Below are positions 7,995 to 18,421 of a stretch of DNA of 64,000 nt, one piece after another. The notes below the pieces were generated by a model. That model made no database searches, was not told the DNA's origin, and saw only the letters and a program-made list of their open reading frames with translations. How positions within the stretch are numbered: the stretch's first letter is position 1; each line of letters starts with the position of its first letter. The position numbers were made by a program, and so were the translations under genes. Origin of the DNA: a virus; IMG/VR virus record IMGVR_UViG_3300045988_177228, positions 1 through 64,000 of that record; one strand, given 5' to 3'.

Positions 7995-9002
7995 CTATCC
8001 CTTGTGCGTTTTCTCATACCATTCCACGAATCCCAGCATGGCTTGCTGGAATGATGGTTTGAATTCGCCGTTTACGGGAATGTTTCTGTTGAGTGGTGTG
8101 GTCTTATAGTTTTCCGGTAAGGGTGTGGCGCACCATTCGGGTGGTATCCGGTCGGTGAATGGTTCCTCGCAATCGTCGCTGAACATGAGTCCTACGGGCT
8201 TGCCGTTGAGGAGGATTGTTGCGTGGGGGCTGATTTGTCCTTTCGCCAACCGGTATTCTCCTCTTGTCGTGTGTATTGGATAGTGGAAGGTTTCAGGTAG
8301 TCCTCCCCGCCGGTATTCGTCGCGTAATAGTCGAATCGGATTATAGAAGCGTTCCAATGCGGGGTATGCCCATTCGCATCCGCTCCAACAGTCGCGTACC
8401 CTGTCCATTCCGTCCCAATGTTCTTTCGGATTGGGTTGGATGCTGAGTTTGCGGTATCGGTCGGTTTGGCACCAGCGGGTGGGATTGTTCAGGGCATAGT
8501 TCGGCGTGGTTTGTTCGGCTAACCGTATGAGAGTGCCGAGGGTGCATGAAGCATAATGTTGCTTGTCGTATCGTGCGACAAGCCGATACGGGTCGGCATC
8601 ATCCTTGTTAAACACAGGCTTCAACACGCGTAAATGTTCCTCCGTTACGGGAATATCAAGGTCGGCTGGTAAACCCAACACTTCCATCCAACCTCCAAGC
8701 CTGTTCGTATCCCACTTGTAATCCTTGCAGTATTGCGCTTGCAACAGCCAAACCATCCAACGGCGCACATTCCGCATCAGTACGGGATGGGACGCGAATT
8801 CGAGAGGACGCCCCAGCATGTCATGATTCACATTATCCGGCGTGGTAATACTGGTTCGATTACCGTACTCGTCCACTGCCGTCACGACGATATTGTGTCC
8901 GGCGTCCACAGCCTTGAACATGTCGCTGATGTTGTCTTCCACGAACGTGGGCGGAATGAGACGCGACTGGACTTGACCATTAATCGGCACGGAGAGCATC
9001 AT
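7995..9002 (-). CDS. hypothetical protein (335 aa)
   Basis: Long ORF, GC3-rich coding pattern, start overlaps stop of the upstream gene (8999/9002). Confidence 0.65.
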   Translation of the reverse strand: MMLSVPINGQVQSRLIPPTFVEDNISDMFKAVDAGHNIVVTAVDEYGNRTSITTPDNVNHDMLGRPLEFASHPVLMRNVRRWMVWLLQAQYCKDYKWDTNRLGGWMEVLGLPADLDIPVTEEHLRVLKPVFNKDDADPYRLVARYDKQHYASCTLGTLIRLAEQTTPNYALNNPTRWCQTDRYRKLSIQPNPKEHWDGMDRVRDCWSGCEWAYPALERFYNPIRLLRDEYRRGGLPETFHYPIHTTRGEYRLAKGQISPHATILLNGKPVGLMFSDDCEEPFTDRIPPEWCATPLPENYKTTPLNRNIPVNGEFKPSFQQAMLGFVEWYEKTHKG

Positions 9003-9610
9003 TCACCATCCTCACTATTAGAGGCGAGTCGGGTTCGGAGTTCCCTCAACCGGCCTAACCGTTCCTCCATAGCCTGAATACGAACGTCAACCGCAGTCAA
9101 CGTGTCACCATCCGGCTCAGACAACTCATACTTGCCGGACGACAGTCGTTCCAGAAAACTGGTTGGAACATCCCATACCAATAATCGGAGTTTGTCGGGA
9201 CTGAGATTCAACCCCGTGTACAAGCCGGTTTTAGGCCACATGCCATCTACGAGAGCCACATTCGGCATCATGCGCGGTGGACGGTCGGGCTGATATTTTT
9301 CGACTAGGATTCGACCAGCGAACCAGATAATGTCGCTATCCTGCTTGGAGTACGCGTACAAGTAGTCGTAGGGGTCGATGGTGACTGTGACACGCTTTTC
9401 AGCGTCCACGCCCTTATGCCACCAGAAGTATTTGTCTAAAGCTTCGAACACCAGCCTTTCCACACGAACATTGAACGTCCAAGTCTTCAACTTGTCATCA
9501 AACGTTCCACCCAACGCGCGGGAGCGACGGGCGAACAACGGATTATACGGAGCCTTAACCTTCAAACGGCCATCACTGCGAGTGACCGTAATATCATCAA
9601 AACCTGCCAT
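8999..9610 (-). CDS. hypothetical protein (203 aa)
   Basis: ORF with aaggaaactgtcATG RBS at 9610. Confidence 0.65.
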   Translation of the reverse strand: MAGFDDITVTRSDGRLKVKAPYNPLFARRSRALGGTFDDKLKTWTFNVRVERLVFEALDKYFWWHKGVDAEKRVTVTIDPYDYLYAYSKQDSDIIWFAGRILVEKYQPDRPPRMMPNVALVDGMWPKTGLYTGLNLSPDKLRLLVWDVPTSFLERLSSGKYELSEPDGDTLTAVDVRIQAMEERLGRLRELRTRLASNSEDGE

Positions 9611-9854
9611 GACAGTTTCCTTTCACTCAAACGGCATACTCTGACCAATGCGCTGATAACCTCTAAAGCCCCACATGGGCGAAGTCCCGAGGAAGGAAAT
9701 GCAAGTAAACCCAGTGTAACACCAAGCCGGGAAGAAAAACTAGCCGACAAGCATGCCGATGTGAAATACGATGCAATCCAAGCCGCACGAAATCTCATCC
9801 AACGCTTCCAGCAGATTACGCCCCTCCACCACACAATCTGGAAAGTCAGGAATA

Positions 9855-11009
9855 TCACGGGTGAAAAGCCAGCTTCCGCATTTCACAATGCCTCCGATAC
9901 CACGCTTTCTCCCGAGCGCACAGTCCACGACGGTGAGTTAGACCCGACAGTGTGCTCTCATGGCTCGTCCAAGAATCCTGAACTGTCCGCAATCCCACAT
10001 GCACGCCATCATATGAGCGGATAAGGTTACGCGCATGCCGTCGGCTTGCACGCAACGCCTTATGGTGCATGCGGATAAGAATACTGCCGTCATCCTGTAC
10101 ACTGTATACGCGTTTCAGGAATGTGAGTTGACCGGTATGACAGTCCACTATGCGGGTCTTATGCTTGTTCAACCGCAATCCCAATTGATTGACACGCCAC
10201 TCATAACCGGCCAGCACACGTTCAGCCTGTTCACGATTCTTGCAGAAACAGTAGGCATCGTCCATGTACCGTCCGTAGAATCCTTGCGACATGCACCAGT
10301 GGTCAACCTTGTTCAAATACCAGATAGCCATGGTTTGGCTCGTCTGATTACCTAACCCTAAGTGAGGTTCGTCCAATACGAAGATTCTCAATACGGTTAG
10401 AATCCGTTCCACATCCTGCTTCTCCCGTCCGGTGCGGGCGATGCTCCGGTACAGGGTGGAAATCATATCGAACGCGCGTTGGGAGCTGATACTGCCGAAA
10501 TAGTTGGAACAGTCGAATATGACAGCATACGGATGCTCCCATTTACCCAAAGCCCGCTTATAGTGTAGTTCAAACCGTTTTCGGGCGAACGATGTTCCAC
10601 GTTTCGGAAGGCTCGCCGCATTATCATATATCAGTTGGCTTTCCACGATGGGGACGAGACTGTTGTCGCATAAGGCGCGTTGCACCACCCGGTCTCGGAA
10701 GGATACCGCGCTGATGTGGCGGAGTTTGCCTCGTTCGGAAATGTCGAATCGGATTGGCGCTCTCTTCTTGTATGTGCCGTCCTCTAATTCTTGTGCGAGT
10801 TTCCAACAGTTGACGGCACGCCTATTGTCGAAGTTCAACGCTGTGTTTTTCCACGTGACGCCGCGTTTGCATTTTCTTGCGGCTTGGTAGAGCGCGTCGA
10901 ATCCGAATGTTTGTTGGAAGTCGATGTAACGGTGGAGCTTCCTGTACTTATCATCCGAGCGTTGTTGCAGTCTGCGTTGGCGTCTTCTACGTCTTTGACT
11001 CGCATTCAC
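9855..11009 (-). CDS. diversity-generating retroelement reverse transcriptase
   Basis: RT motifs including YMDD. DGR-specific LGLGNQTSQ in place of QGxxxSP. Likely GTG start at 11009 with gaaggaag RBS (longest ORF reaches 11084). Immediately 3' of TR. Confidence 0.85.
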   Translation of the reverse strand: MNASQRRRRRQRRLQQRSDDKYRKLHRYIDFQQTFGFDALYQAARKCKRGVTWKNTALNFDNRRAVNCWKLAQELEDGTYKKRAPIRFDISERGKLRHISAVSFRDRVVQRALCDNSLVPIVESQLIYDNAASLPKRGTSFARKRFELHYKRALGKWEHPYAVIFDCSNYFGSISSQRAFDMISTLYRSIARTGREKQDVERILTVLRIFVLDEPHLGLGNQTSQTMAIWYLNKVDHWCMSQGFYGRYMDDAYCFCKNREQAERVLAGYEWRVNQLGLRLNKHKTRIVDCHTGQLTFLKRVYSVQDDGSILIRMHHKALRASRRHARNLIRSYDGVHVGLRTVQDSWTSHESTLSGLTHRRGLCAREKAWYRRHCEMRKLAFHP

Positions 11010-11278
11010 GATTTTAATGCTTCCTTCACTAGGGAAAGAGAAAAGAATGGTTGAGGGCAGGTCGTCGGCAACAACCCAAGACATGCAATGATGTTGGACG
11101 CCCAGCTTAAGGGGCGAGTATCCGTCGTTTCCGACAGTCTTAATATCTCCCTCAACCTATTTCACACGCAACCCATTTTTCGAGGGGCCGCGCATTCGAC
11201 CATATCCCCTTCCCCTTCGGGAGGCTTTCACCCATTGGGCTACTGGCCTATCTGATGTTAGTTTTTGGTAAGAGGAAT

Positions 11279-11430
11279 CGGGGACAACGGAGTAGCGATT
11301 GTTAGCATTGTTGTTGTAGCTGGGGTCACCGTTCGAGTTCACTTGGAGGAAATTGCCGCTGTTGTTCGGGTTGGGCGAACGCTCCCACCAATTGTTGTTG
11401 TTGGCACCGGAGGGTGCTGAACCGGAAACG
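11279..11430 (-). repeat. DGR template repeat (TR)
   Basis: 152 bp, identical to 12069-12220 except 14 positions, all T on the plus strand (A on the coding minus strand). Coding strand rich in AAC/AAT codons. Confidence 0.85.
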
Positions 11431-11465
11431 GAAACACCATTTTGGATATGGCCGGTTTTGTTTAG

Positions 11466-11987
11466 TTATATTTGGGGTTGAACCCAAGTGTCCATTCTAG
11501 TGGTGGTCTTTGACTCGACGGTTTTGGCTTTCTTCAACTGGTCTCGCTCGTATCGGACTGCCCCCGTGAACACCCCCATGGCTTTGTAGAGTGTGCCCGC
11601 ATAGTTGACAAATTTCTTCTCCTTGATTACGGGATTGTAGGTGGGGTCGCCTTCCTGACTGTTCTGGTAGGCTTTCATGTCGCGTTCTCGTGGTGGATAG
11701 TCTATCCAGTCGTCTACGAGGCCGGAGAGTGCGTTCAGCATTCCTTGGGCCTTGCATAAGAGTTGCAGTTTCATCTTATGCTCTTCGAGGGTGCTCGCGT
11801 AGATGGTGTCGGCGCTGTAGGCGGCTGTGTACATGTCGTAGGCGATGTGCATGACGTGTATGGTTTCGATGTTGTCTCGGCTTTTGGGCCATTTCCGGAA
11901 GAGGTTTCTGGTGGCGTAGAGTACGATTCTCGCTTGGTTCGCATATTCGCTTTTTGCTTTTGTCCGCTTGCTGGCGGGTACTGTCAT
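11466..11987 (-). CDS. putative Avd-like accessory variability determinant (173 aa, basic, helical)
   Basis: Position between target VR and TR as in canonical target-avd-TR-RT cassettes. Lys-rich helical protein. No direct motif proof. Confidence 0.45.
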   Translation of the reverse strand: MTVPASKRTKAKSEYANQARIVLYATRNLFRKWPKSRDNIETIHVMHIAYDMYTAAYSADTIYASTLEEHKMKLQLLCKAQGMLNALSGLVDDWIDYPPRERDMKAYQNSQEGDPTYNPVIKEKKFVNYAGTLYKAMGVFTGAVRYERDQLKKAKTVESKTTTRMDTWVQPQI

Positions 11988-12053
11988 AGGGGCTTCTTTC
12001 GTGTGATGTTTTAGCGGGGGTGGGGATGAACCCCACCCCCTAAAGATGGGGGA

Positions 12054-13019
12054 TTAGAAGGAGAAAGCGGGGACAACGGAGTAGCGATAGTTAGCATAGT
12101 AGCCGTAGCTGGGGTCACCGTTCGAGTACACTTGGAGGAAACTGCCGCTGTTGTCCGGGTCGGGCGAACGCTCCCACCAACGGTTGCTGCCGGCACCGGA
12201 GGGTGCTGAACCGGAAACGGTTTCGTAGATTCCAGACAGAATATTATTGTTTGAATAGTTGTGCATCACCTTGCCTTGGAAATACTCGTATTGGCTTCCC
12301 TCCTGACTTAACGCTTGGAATCCATTAGAGCTTTTCCACCCGTCGTATATGGTTGGTACGAGTTCCCTGTAGGATACGAGCCATACCTTGTCTGCTGTGG
12401 CGGATGCGGCGGAGCCGGAAGTGTTTCCGTAGTCCATGTTGTTGGTTTGTTTCAATACGGTGGTCACGTTGTTTTGGAAGTCGGTGGGGAATTGGTTCCA
12501 GATTTCCCCATTGTTCATCCATTGACGGAGATTACTGTCGCGCCATCCGCCCTTGTTGGTGTAGCCGTTCGTGCAGGTGGTCGTGTTGTCGGTTGGCATG
12601 ACGCCGTTTATGCAGTACGCTTTCGGTAACGCGTTCCATGCCATGAACGTCAAGCCAGCCTTTTTGCCGCTACCATCAGCCTTGTCGTCGTGGAGGATGC
12701 CGATGAGCCGGAATGGAAGATTGGAACCGTCCGACAGTGTGAGCGAGCCTTGCGTGCCCTTAGTCAGATTATCCTCCATTTCCGCATAGTAAGCGCTTCC
12801 CTTGCCCTTGTCGCTCAAATCGTCGGCAATCTGCTTCAATCCTGCGGCGTTGTAGCCCGCATAGCAGACCTTGTCCACGCCGGTCGAACATTTGGCCGGT
12901 TCCGAAGCGATGGCGCTACCGGTGATGAGTCCGCCGCAGACCGCCGCCACGATGGCGAGGGTGGCGAGGATTCGTTGTCCCAAGTGGCGGTTCACACGGT
13001 TACTGGCGTGCATGCCCAT
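12054..13019 (-). CDS. DGR variable target protein, secreted/surface (signal peptide, C-terminal VR)
   Basis: ATG 13019 with aaaggaac RBS (GTG at 13034 overlaps adhesin stop). Hydrophobic N-terminal signal LATLAIVAAVCGG. C-terminal 50 aa encoded by VR ...QVYSNGDPSYGYYANYRYSVVPAFSF. Confidence 0.8.
   Translation of the reverse strand: MGMHASNRVNRHLGQRILATLAIVAAVCGGLITGSAIASEPAKCSTGVDKVCYAGYNAAGLKQIADDLSDKGKGSAYYAEMEDNLTKGTQGSLTLSDGSNLPFRLIGILHDDKADGSGKKAGLTFMAWNALPKAYCINGVMPTDNTTTCTNGYTNKGGWRDSNLRQWMNNGEIWNQFPTDFQNNVTTVLKQTNNMDYGNTSGSAASATADKVWLVSYRELVPTIYDGWKSSNGFQALSQEGSQYEYFQGKVMHNYSNNNILSGIYETVSGSAPSGAGSNRWWERSPDPDNSGSFLQVYSNGDPSYGYYANYRYSVVPAFSF
12069..12220 (-). other. DGR variable repeat (VR) at 3' end of target gene
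   Basis: Aligned to TR it shows 14 substitutions, T to A, C or G on the plus strand, all at TR adenines of the coding strand. Flanks diverge at both ends (IMH-like 3' boundary at 12051-12068). Confidence 0.85.
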
Positions 13020-13030
13020 TTTTGTTCCTT

Positions 13031-16000
13031 TCACTTACGGTCTTCCTTTCTCAACAGGATGATTGCGGTGACGAGTCCCAGAATGCTGACGAGTATGAGG
13101 ATTGGCAACAGTAAGCCCATGCCGGTGTGGGGCATGCTCATCATCCATGTTTCTGGTAGGACGCCCGCGTCCACATTCTCCTTGTCCGGCTTATCCTGTG
13201 TGAGGATGATGGTGAACGTGGATTCACCGTACTTGTCGTCGCTCGTGTTCGCGTCGGAGTCGGTGGAACTCGCGTCATTCGGAATGTCCATGTCGTTCGC
13301 ATCCGGCTTGGTGAACTCTTGGTGGGTGACGCGGCTGAATTGGATGGTGTACTGGTCGCCGTCCGCGTCCAAGTGTTCGAACTTGTACTTGCCGTCCTTG
13401 TCGGTCTTGGTGGATGCCACCTGCTTGCCGTTCTTGTCGTACAGGATTACGGTCTGGTTGGCGAACCGGTTCGACTCGTTGTCGCTTCGAATACCGTCCT
13501 TGTCCGTGTCCTCCCAATACAGGCCGCTGATGGTGCCGAGTTTCTTCGCGCTGGTGGTTGGTGTGATGATGGTGCCGACTTGGTCGCAGGAGTCTTCGTC
13601 GCTGGTGCTGAACCAGTGTTGGTGTCCTTCCTCCGTATAGTCGGTGTCGGTGCGGCATGTCGGATTGCCGGTCACGTCATTCGTGTTCGTATCCAGTTTG
13701 GATGCGTTCGGAGGGTCCGGCTTGGTTTTGCCGCTTGCATGTGGCGTGCCTGAGTATGGCGTGTGTTCGGAGGTGAACCATGCTTGGTTGAGAATGGTCT
13801 TCGTATTCTTCTTGACCCACTCGTCTTTCTCAGTTGGAGACCACTTGGTAGTATCCGCAGTTTCACGGTCAACGGTGCCAGTGAAATGGTAGATGACATA
13901 GCCGCCCGACTCAATCGCATACGGCAGATTGTACGTGCGGGTCGTCAACCCCTTCTCCGTGGACTCGCTCAACGGTTCGACCGGTACGGCGGTCGGGTCG
14001 GACGATACGACCATTCCCTTCAAACCGGTGGAACGTGCGCCACCCGTCTTGCCGTCACCATACGGGTCGAAGCCCGCAATCATGACCTGCTTGCCGACAA
14101 TGAGCACGTCACGGTCGCCGCCCGCAACGTCGGATGCGGTAATGCCCGTATCGATTGGCGTGGAAACAATATCCGCGTTGCCGCTCGTACTGCCGTTGGT
14201 CCAATACCTGCCTGTACCGGTCTTACCGTTCGCTAATTGGCCGTCACCATTCCAGCCAGCCGCCCACAAGTGTTGGTTCTTGTCGATGGCGTAGAAAGTG
14301 TTGTATCCGCCACCGATACGGGTGATGTACCTCAGATTAGACACATTGGACTGGCCGATACCGCTATCACCTCCGCCGACGAGCACTATCACTGTACCCG
14401 CGTCAGTCAACCCGTAGGCGTTGCCGAATGAGGCGACAACTTGCGTGAAACCAATAGAGAAAAACTCGTCGCCGTCCACCACACAACCGCCGTAGGACGT
14501 CAACGCGACCCACCTGTACGTGCTGGCGCTGACCTGCGTGAACGTCTTACCCGACTGGATTTGCGTCCACGTTGAATACGAGGTGGAACTGACTTTTCCG
14601 ACCACCCACAAGGTGCCGTCACTTGCTATCGCCACAGTGAACTGGTTGCCGCACGCCACGTCAACAAACGTCTTATCTTCTGCGACTAGAGTCCACTGGT
14701 CACGATTATCCGTATCACCCGTACCCAATTGGCCTTTACCGTTCCAACCAGTCGTGTACAAGTGGCCGTCCGTGCTGATGGCGGCGGAATGCTTGCCACC
14801 GGCGGCGACTTTCAGCCAACTACCGTTGACGATGGTCGGCTTGTTCACGTTCGTTGGGGTAGCGGTATTCGTCGTGTCAGGCTTGAAACCTAATTGACCA
14901 TACTGGTTGTTACCCCACGCATACAACAAGCCCTCGTTCGTCAACACAAACTTATGGTCGCCACTCGTCGCAACCTGCTTCGCACCACCAGACTCGATAG
15001 AAACCGTACCGGCGGTAGCGGAAACATCATGCACGTCGGCGCTCATACGGTCAGAAACGACACTGGAAGTATCAAAACGACTAGTGCCAGAATTCTGTAC
15101 TTTGACATCCCAGTTGATGACGCATTTCGTATCGGTGCAACTGGTGCCGGTGACGGTTTTGTCCACGGTGGCTTTCGGGTCTGGTTTCGCATACCCGTAG
15201 TCCACGTTCTTCTGGTCTGCGCCGATGCCTAGGTGGATGTCGTCGGACGTGTCTTTCGCGTTGGACTTGATTTTGTTCGACCAGCTTCGCGTGTTCGTCA
15301 CGTTTTCGAGCTTGCCATAGTAGGTTTTGACCTGCGTCTGCACGCCATCACCCGTACTGGTGCCAGTGTTGCGTTTCACCGAAGTACGGTAGGTGCCGGA
15401 GTGGAGCAGGTTGAACTCGTAGTAGCCGTCCTTGTCGGTCTTCACCGTTTTGACGGCCTGCCAGCCGCCGCTTGAATCCTGCTTGCCGAGGGTGACTTCC
15501 ACTCCTTCGATACGTTCTTCACTGTCACCGATGAGCGTGTTCTCATCCTTATCCCACCAGACGGTGCCGCTGATGCTACCGGCCACTACCTTCGCCACGT
15601 CAGGCCACGGCTGGTTGCCCGCCGGTTTGTCGGAAGCGTCGGAATAATAGTTACGGCCAAGCCACAGCGTGTACTTGTCGTCTTTCACATTGTCGGATGG
15701 GGTGAGCGTGATGGCGCCGTTCACCGCCGAATAGGACAGTTTATCGTCGGACGCGACGACTGTGCTGGTCAGTCGGATGGCGATGATGTTCTTCTTCTCG
15801 ATGGAGGACAATTCATCCCATGTCTTCCACTCGTAGTCAGCCGGATTATCCGACTTCTTTCCGGTGGTGGTTGAATAGTAGACGGTCGTACTGGTCGAAT
15901 TGTCCATATTGACCGTGACGGGCTGGGTCAGTTCGTAGGAGCCATGATAGTTGCTGTATCCACGCTCATATTCGACCAGCTTGTCCTGCACGTACTTCTC

Positions 16001-18421
16001 ATCACCATTCGCAGGAAGCAGTAGCATGCTATCCATGGTGCCGGTATGTCCGCCGCCCTTGCCGTACACGTTGAACTCCCAAGTAAGCGGGTCACTGATT
16101 TCAGCCTTCGTGGTCTTCACACGCATGATGCCACTGTTGGTTTCCGCATTGGAGACAGGGAATGGGACGCTGGGCGTATTGCTTTTGATGGTTTGGGCTT
16201 GCAATGCGCCGTTCTCGTCAACGTCCACGCTCATATTCGCACTGGCGGTCACAGTCCCGGTGGCGAGATTGGATACGATGCCACTGAAATGCAGGTCAGG
16301 CAAAGTGGCCGACCCCATACGGTCTACTTCCGGCGTGACTTTGCCGGAACGTGGCGTGAACACGAGATTATTCCCGTCCACTTTCATCTGCCAGAACGAA
16401 TCATCACAGGTCGGATTGTACAAGCCTTTCGGTTTCGGCACCGTGATGGTCGGCGTCATGCTCGTATTGGACAGGAGAATGGTGCGCAATTGTTCCGTGA
16501 CCGTATAATCCACTCGCATGCCGGGAGTCAAATCGACTGCGCTTCCGGACGGGTGATTGGAACTGTTGTTCGCATACACTTGATTGCCTTCACCATCGTA
16601 GGCTTTTAGACTGATGTCGATACTGGTGGTCGGGTCTACCGGCTTGGCAATCCACACCCAATTGGTGACGCTCGCCTTATCGTCTTCGGTAAGCCATGCG
16701 GTCAGCGTATCCAAAGCTTCCACATTGCCTTTGGACACGTCGGCTATGGCGAGCGTGTTGAACGTGACCTGAACGTTCGGCGCACCCTTTCCCAAAGTCA
16801 AAGTGTCGGGGTTGAACGTCACCCGAATCTTCTTGACGTTCGGAGCGTCTGTGTCGGATGGTTCCCCGTCATGCCAATTGTCTTTGCTATCATCCCATTG
16901 AACTTTGTAGTCGGAAACCGGAGCGCCGTTCTGGGTGACTTCCAAGCTTCCATCCCACCGCATGCGCGTATTATCCCACTCGTCCTGCATGGTCGGCGTA
17001 GTGTTTTTAAGCTTGTCCGCCGTAACGTTCGCCGCATACATTTCCAAAATGGTTTTGACTTGCGTTCCACGGGACACGGTGTCGCCGGAACCGTCGGAAT
17101 AGTAATGGTAGATGTCAGCTTTGCCTTCGGCGGCGTCGAACGTCAGATTCTCCTTGTCGAACATGGTCTTGGACGCAGTGTTAGGACGTTGCAGTCCTTT
17201 GCCGAACAGTGGAATCTTGCCAGCTGGAGTCGGCTTGAGCCGTTGGATGATGGCTCGTGACCAGTCATTGTTCGCATACGGGTAGCCTACGCGGGCACCC
17301 GTATCCTTGTCGTAGGTGCTCTTGTCCCGTCCAATGTTCCAGCCGGGTTCGCCGCCCTTGCCCATGTTCAACAGTGCGTCGCCGTTATCGTCTTTGACAC
17401 TGAACACGGTTTCGTCGGGAACAAGGTGGACATCGTAATATTTGACGTCTCCTTCTTTCATGTTTTTGAGCGCGTCGGTTCCGGCGGGAATCCTGTAGCT
17501 GATTGTCGCCGCCGCACCGTTTTTGCCACTGGATACGGTCAAATACTGTTCTTTATCACTGTTACGGGTAATCCGCTGACCGCCTACAGTCCACACGGTG
17601 CCCTGCGGGAAGTCGGAAATATCCACTTTGGTCGTCCAATCGATGCTGGTGGACGCGCCCTTCGTGGACGAATAACCCGGATAGGTCAACGTGTCGGCAC
17701 GAATAGTGAAATCGCCGGTCGCGTCGGTGTTCTGACTCCAATAAGTACGATGCTCATACGAGTATTGGCCTTTCACCGGATTGCCGCCATTGTCAATGAC
17801 CAAGTCAGCCGCCGGAGCGGATACTACAGTCAACTCATCCGTACGATACGTGGTTGACGTTCCACCTTCGCGGGCGACGACGATTTTCGGAATCTGACCC
17901 GGCTTGACCAAGCCTCCCGTGTCTTTTGCTTTCAGATAGAAGGTTTGGGTCATGGTTTCCACGCCACCGGCTGGAACCGTGTAGGAGCAGGAGCCGTCAC
18001 TGTTTTTCTTTGCGGTGACGAGTTGTCCCGGCTGGCAGAAGCCACCACCGTCAGCAGTCTGCAAATACGGTGCGTCGTCCAAGTCGAACTTCACGTTGAT
18101 GGTGCGTTTGCCCGCCGCGTTGAAGTTCAACGTCAATGAATATTCGACCGTATCACCGGATGCGACCACGCCATCGGTAGGGGAATCATCGCCCGTGGCG
18201 AACCCGTTCTTCGAATTCACGAACGTTTGAGAACTCGTGCCATGCCCCGTACCGTCGGCTTTCTTAACGATTTTCGCAGTAGCATACGCGGGTTTCAACT
18301 CGTCCGCATGCGCTGTCGGAGAAGCCACCGGATTGGTCATGCATGTCAGGCCGGATGCCAGTGTGGCGATTGCGGCCAATAATGCTACCGGATGTGCCAC
18401 ATGCTTTTTGAGAATACTCAT
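13031..18421 (-). CDS. large cell-wall-anchored adhesin (1796 aa) with RCC1-like propeller repeats and Cna-B/SdrD-type domains
   Basis: Signal peptide. RCC1 repeats (WGNNQYGQLG, GWNGKGQLG). SdrD-B/CnaB-like DKDGYYEF and DKDGKYKF. C-terminal sorting signal MPHTG plus hydrophobic stretch plus RKEDRK. Confidence 0.85.
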   Translation of the reverse strand: MSILKKHVAHPVALLAAIATLASGLTCMTNPVASPTAHADELKPAYATAKIVKKADGTGHGTSSQTFVNSKNGFATGDDSPTDGVVASGDTVEYSLTLNFNAAGKRTINVKFDLDDAPYLQTADGGGFCQPGQLVTAKKNSDGSCSYTVPAGGVETMTQTFYLKAKDTGGLVKPGQIPKIVVAREGGTSTTYRTDELTVVSAPAADLVIDNGGNPVKGQYSYEHRTYWSQNTDATGDFTIRADTLTYPGYSSTKGASTSIDWTTKVDISDFPQGTVWTVGGQRITRNSDKEQYLTVSSGKNGAAATISYRIPAGTDALKNMKEGDVKYYDVHLVPDETVFSVKDDNGDALLNMGKGGEPGWNIGRDKSTYDKDTGARVGYPYANNDWSRAIIQRLKPTPAGKIPLFGKGLQRPNTASKTMFDKENLTFDAAEGKADIYHYYSDGSGDTVSRGTQVKTILEMYAANVTADKLKNTTPTMQDEWDNTRMRWDGSLEVTQNGAPVSDYKVQWDDSKDNWHDGEPSDTDAPNVKKIRVTFNPDTLTLGKGAPNVQVTFNTLAIADVSKGNVEALDTLTAWLTEDDKASVTNWVWIAKPVDPTTSIDISLKAYDGEGNQVYANNSSNHPSGSAVDLTPGMRVDYTVTEQLRTILLSNTSMTPTITVPKPKGLYNPTCDDSFWQMKVDGNNLVFTPRSGKVTPEVDRMGSATLPDLHFSGIVSNLATGTVTASANMSVDVDENGALQAQTIKSNTPSVPFPVSNAETNSGIMRVKTTKAEISDPLTWEFNVYGKGGGHTGTMDSMLLLPANGDEKYVQDKLVEYERGYSNYHGSYELTQPVTVNMDNSTSTTVYYSTTTGKKSDNPADYEWKTWDELSSIEKKNIIAIRLTSTVVASDDKLSYSAVNGAITLTPSDNVKDDKYTLWLGRNYYSDASDKPAGNQPWPDVAKVVAGSISGTVWWDKDENTLIGDSEERIEGVEVTLGKQDSSGGWQAVKTVKTDKDGYYEFNLLHSGTYRTSVKRNTGTSTGDGVQTQVKTYYGKLENVTNTRSWSNKIKSNAKDTSDDIHLGIGADQKNVDYGYAKPDPKATVDKTVTGTSCTDTKCVINWDVKVQNSGTSRFDTSSVVSDRMSADVHDVSATAGTVSIESGGAKQVATSGDHKFVLTNEGLLYAWGNNQYGQLGFKPDTTNTATPTNVNKPTIVNGSWLKVAAGGKHSAAISTDGHLYTTGWNGKGQLGTGDTDNRDQWTLVAEDKTFVDVACGNQFTVAIASDGTLWVVGKVSSTSYSTWTQIQSGKTFTQVSASTYRWVALTSYGGCVVDGDEFFSIGFTQVVASFGNAYGLTDAGTVIVLVGGGDSGIGQSNVSNLRYITRIGGGYNTFYAIDKNQHLWAAGWNGDGQLANGKTGTGRYWTNGSTSGNADIVSTPIDTGITASDVAGGDRDVLIVGKQVMIAGFDPYGDGKTGGARSTGLKGMVVSSDPTAVPVEPLSESTEKGLTTRTYNLPYAIESGGYVIYHFTGTVDRETADTTKWSPTEKDEWVKKNTKTILNQAWFTSEHTPYSGTPHASGKTKPDPPNASKLDTNTNDVTGNPTCRTDTDYTEEGHQHWFSTSDEDSCDQVGTIITPTTSAKKLGTISGLYWEDTDKDGIRSDNESNRFANQTVILYDKNGKQVASTKTDKDGKYKFEHLDADGDQYTIQFSRVTHQEFTKPDANDMDIPNDASSTDSDANTSDDKYGESTFTIILTQDKPDKENVDAGVLPETWMMSMPHTGMGLLLPILILVSILGLVTAIILLRKEDRK

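Noticed and set aside
11157-11342. 61-aa minus ORF MNSNGDPSYNNNANNRYSVVP...
   Set aside because: This is the DGR template repeat read in the target's frame, not an independent gene
12690-13640. 316-aa plus-strand ORF, and similar long antisense ORFs (13319..13753, 13763..14236, 16046..16609, 1095..1739, 21771..22718)
   Set aside because: Antisense shadows of well-supported minus-strand genes (adhesin, DGR target, flotillin, HEAT-repeat gene) with aberrant composition
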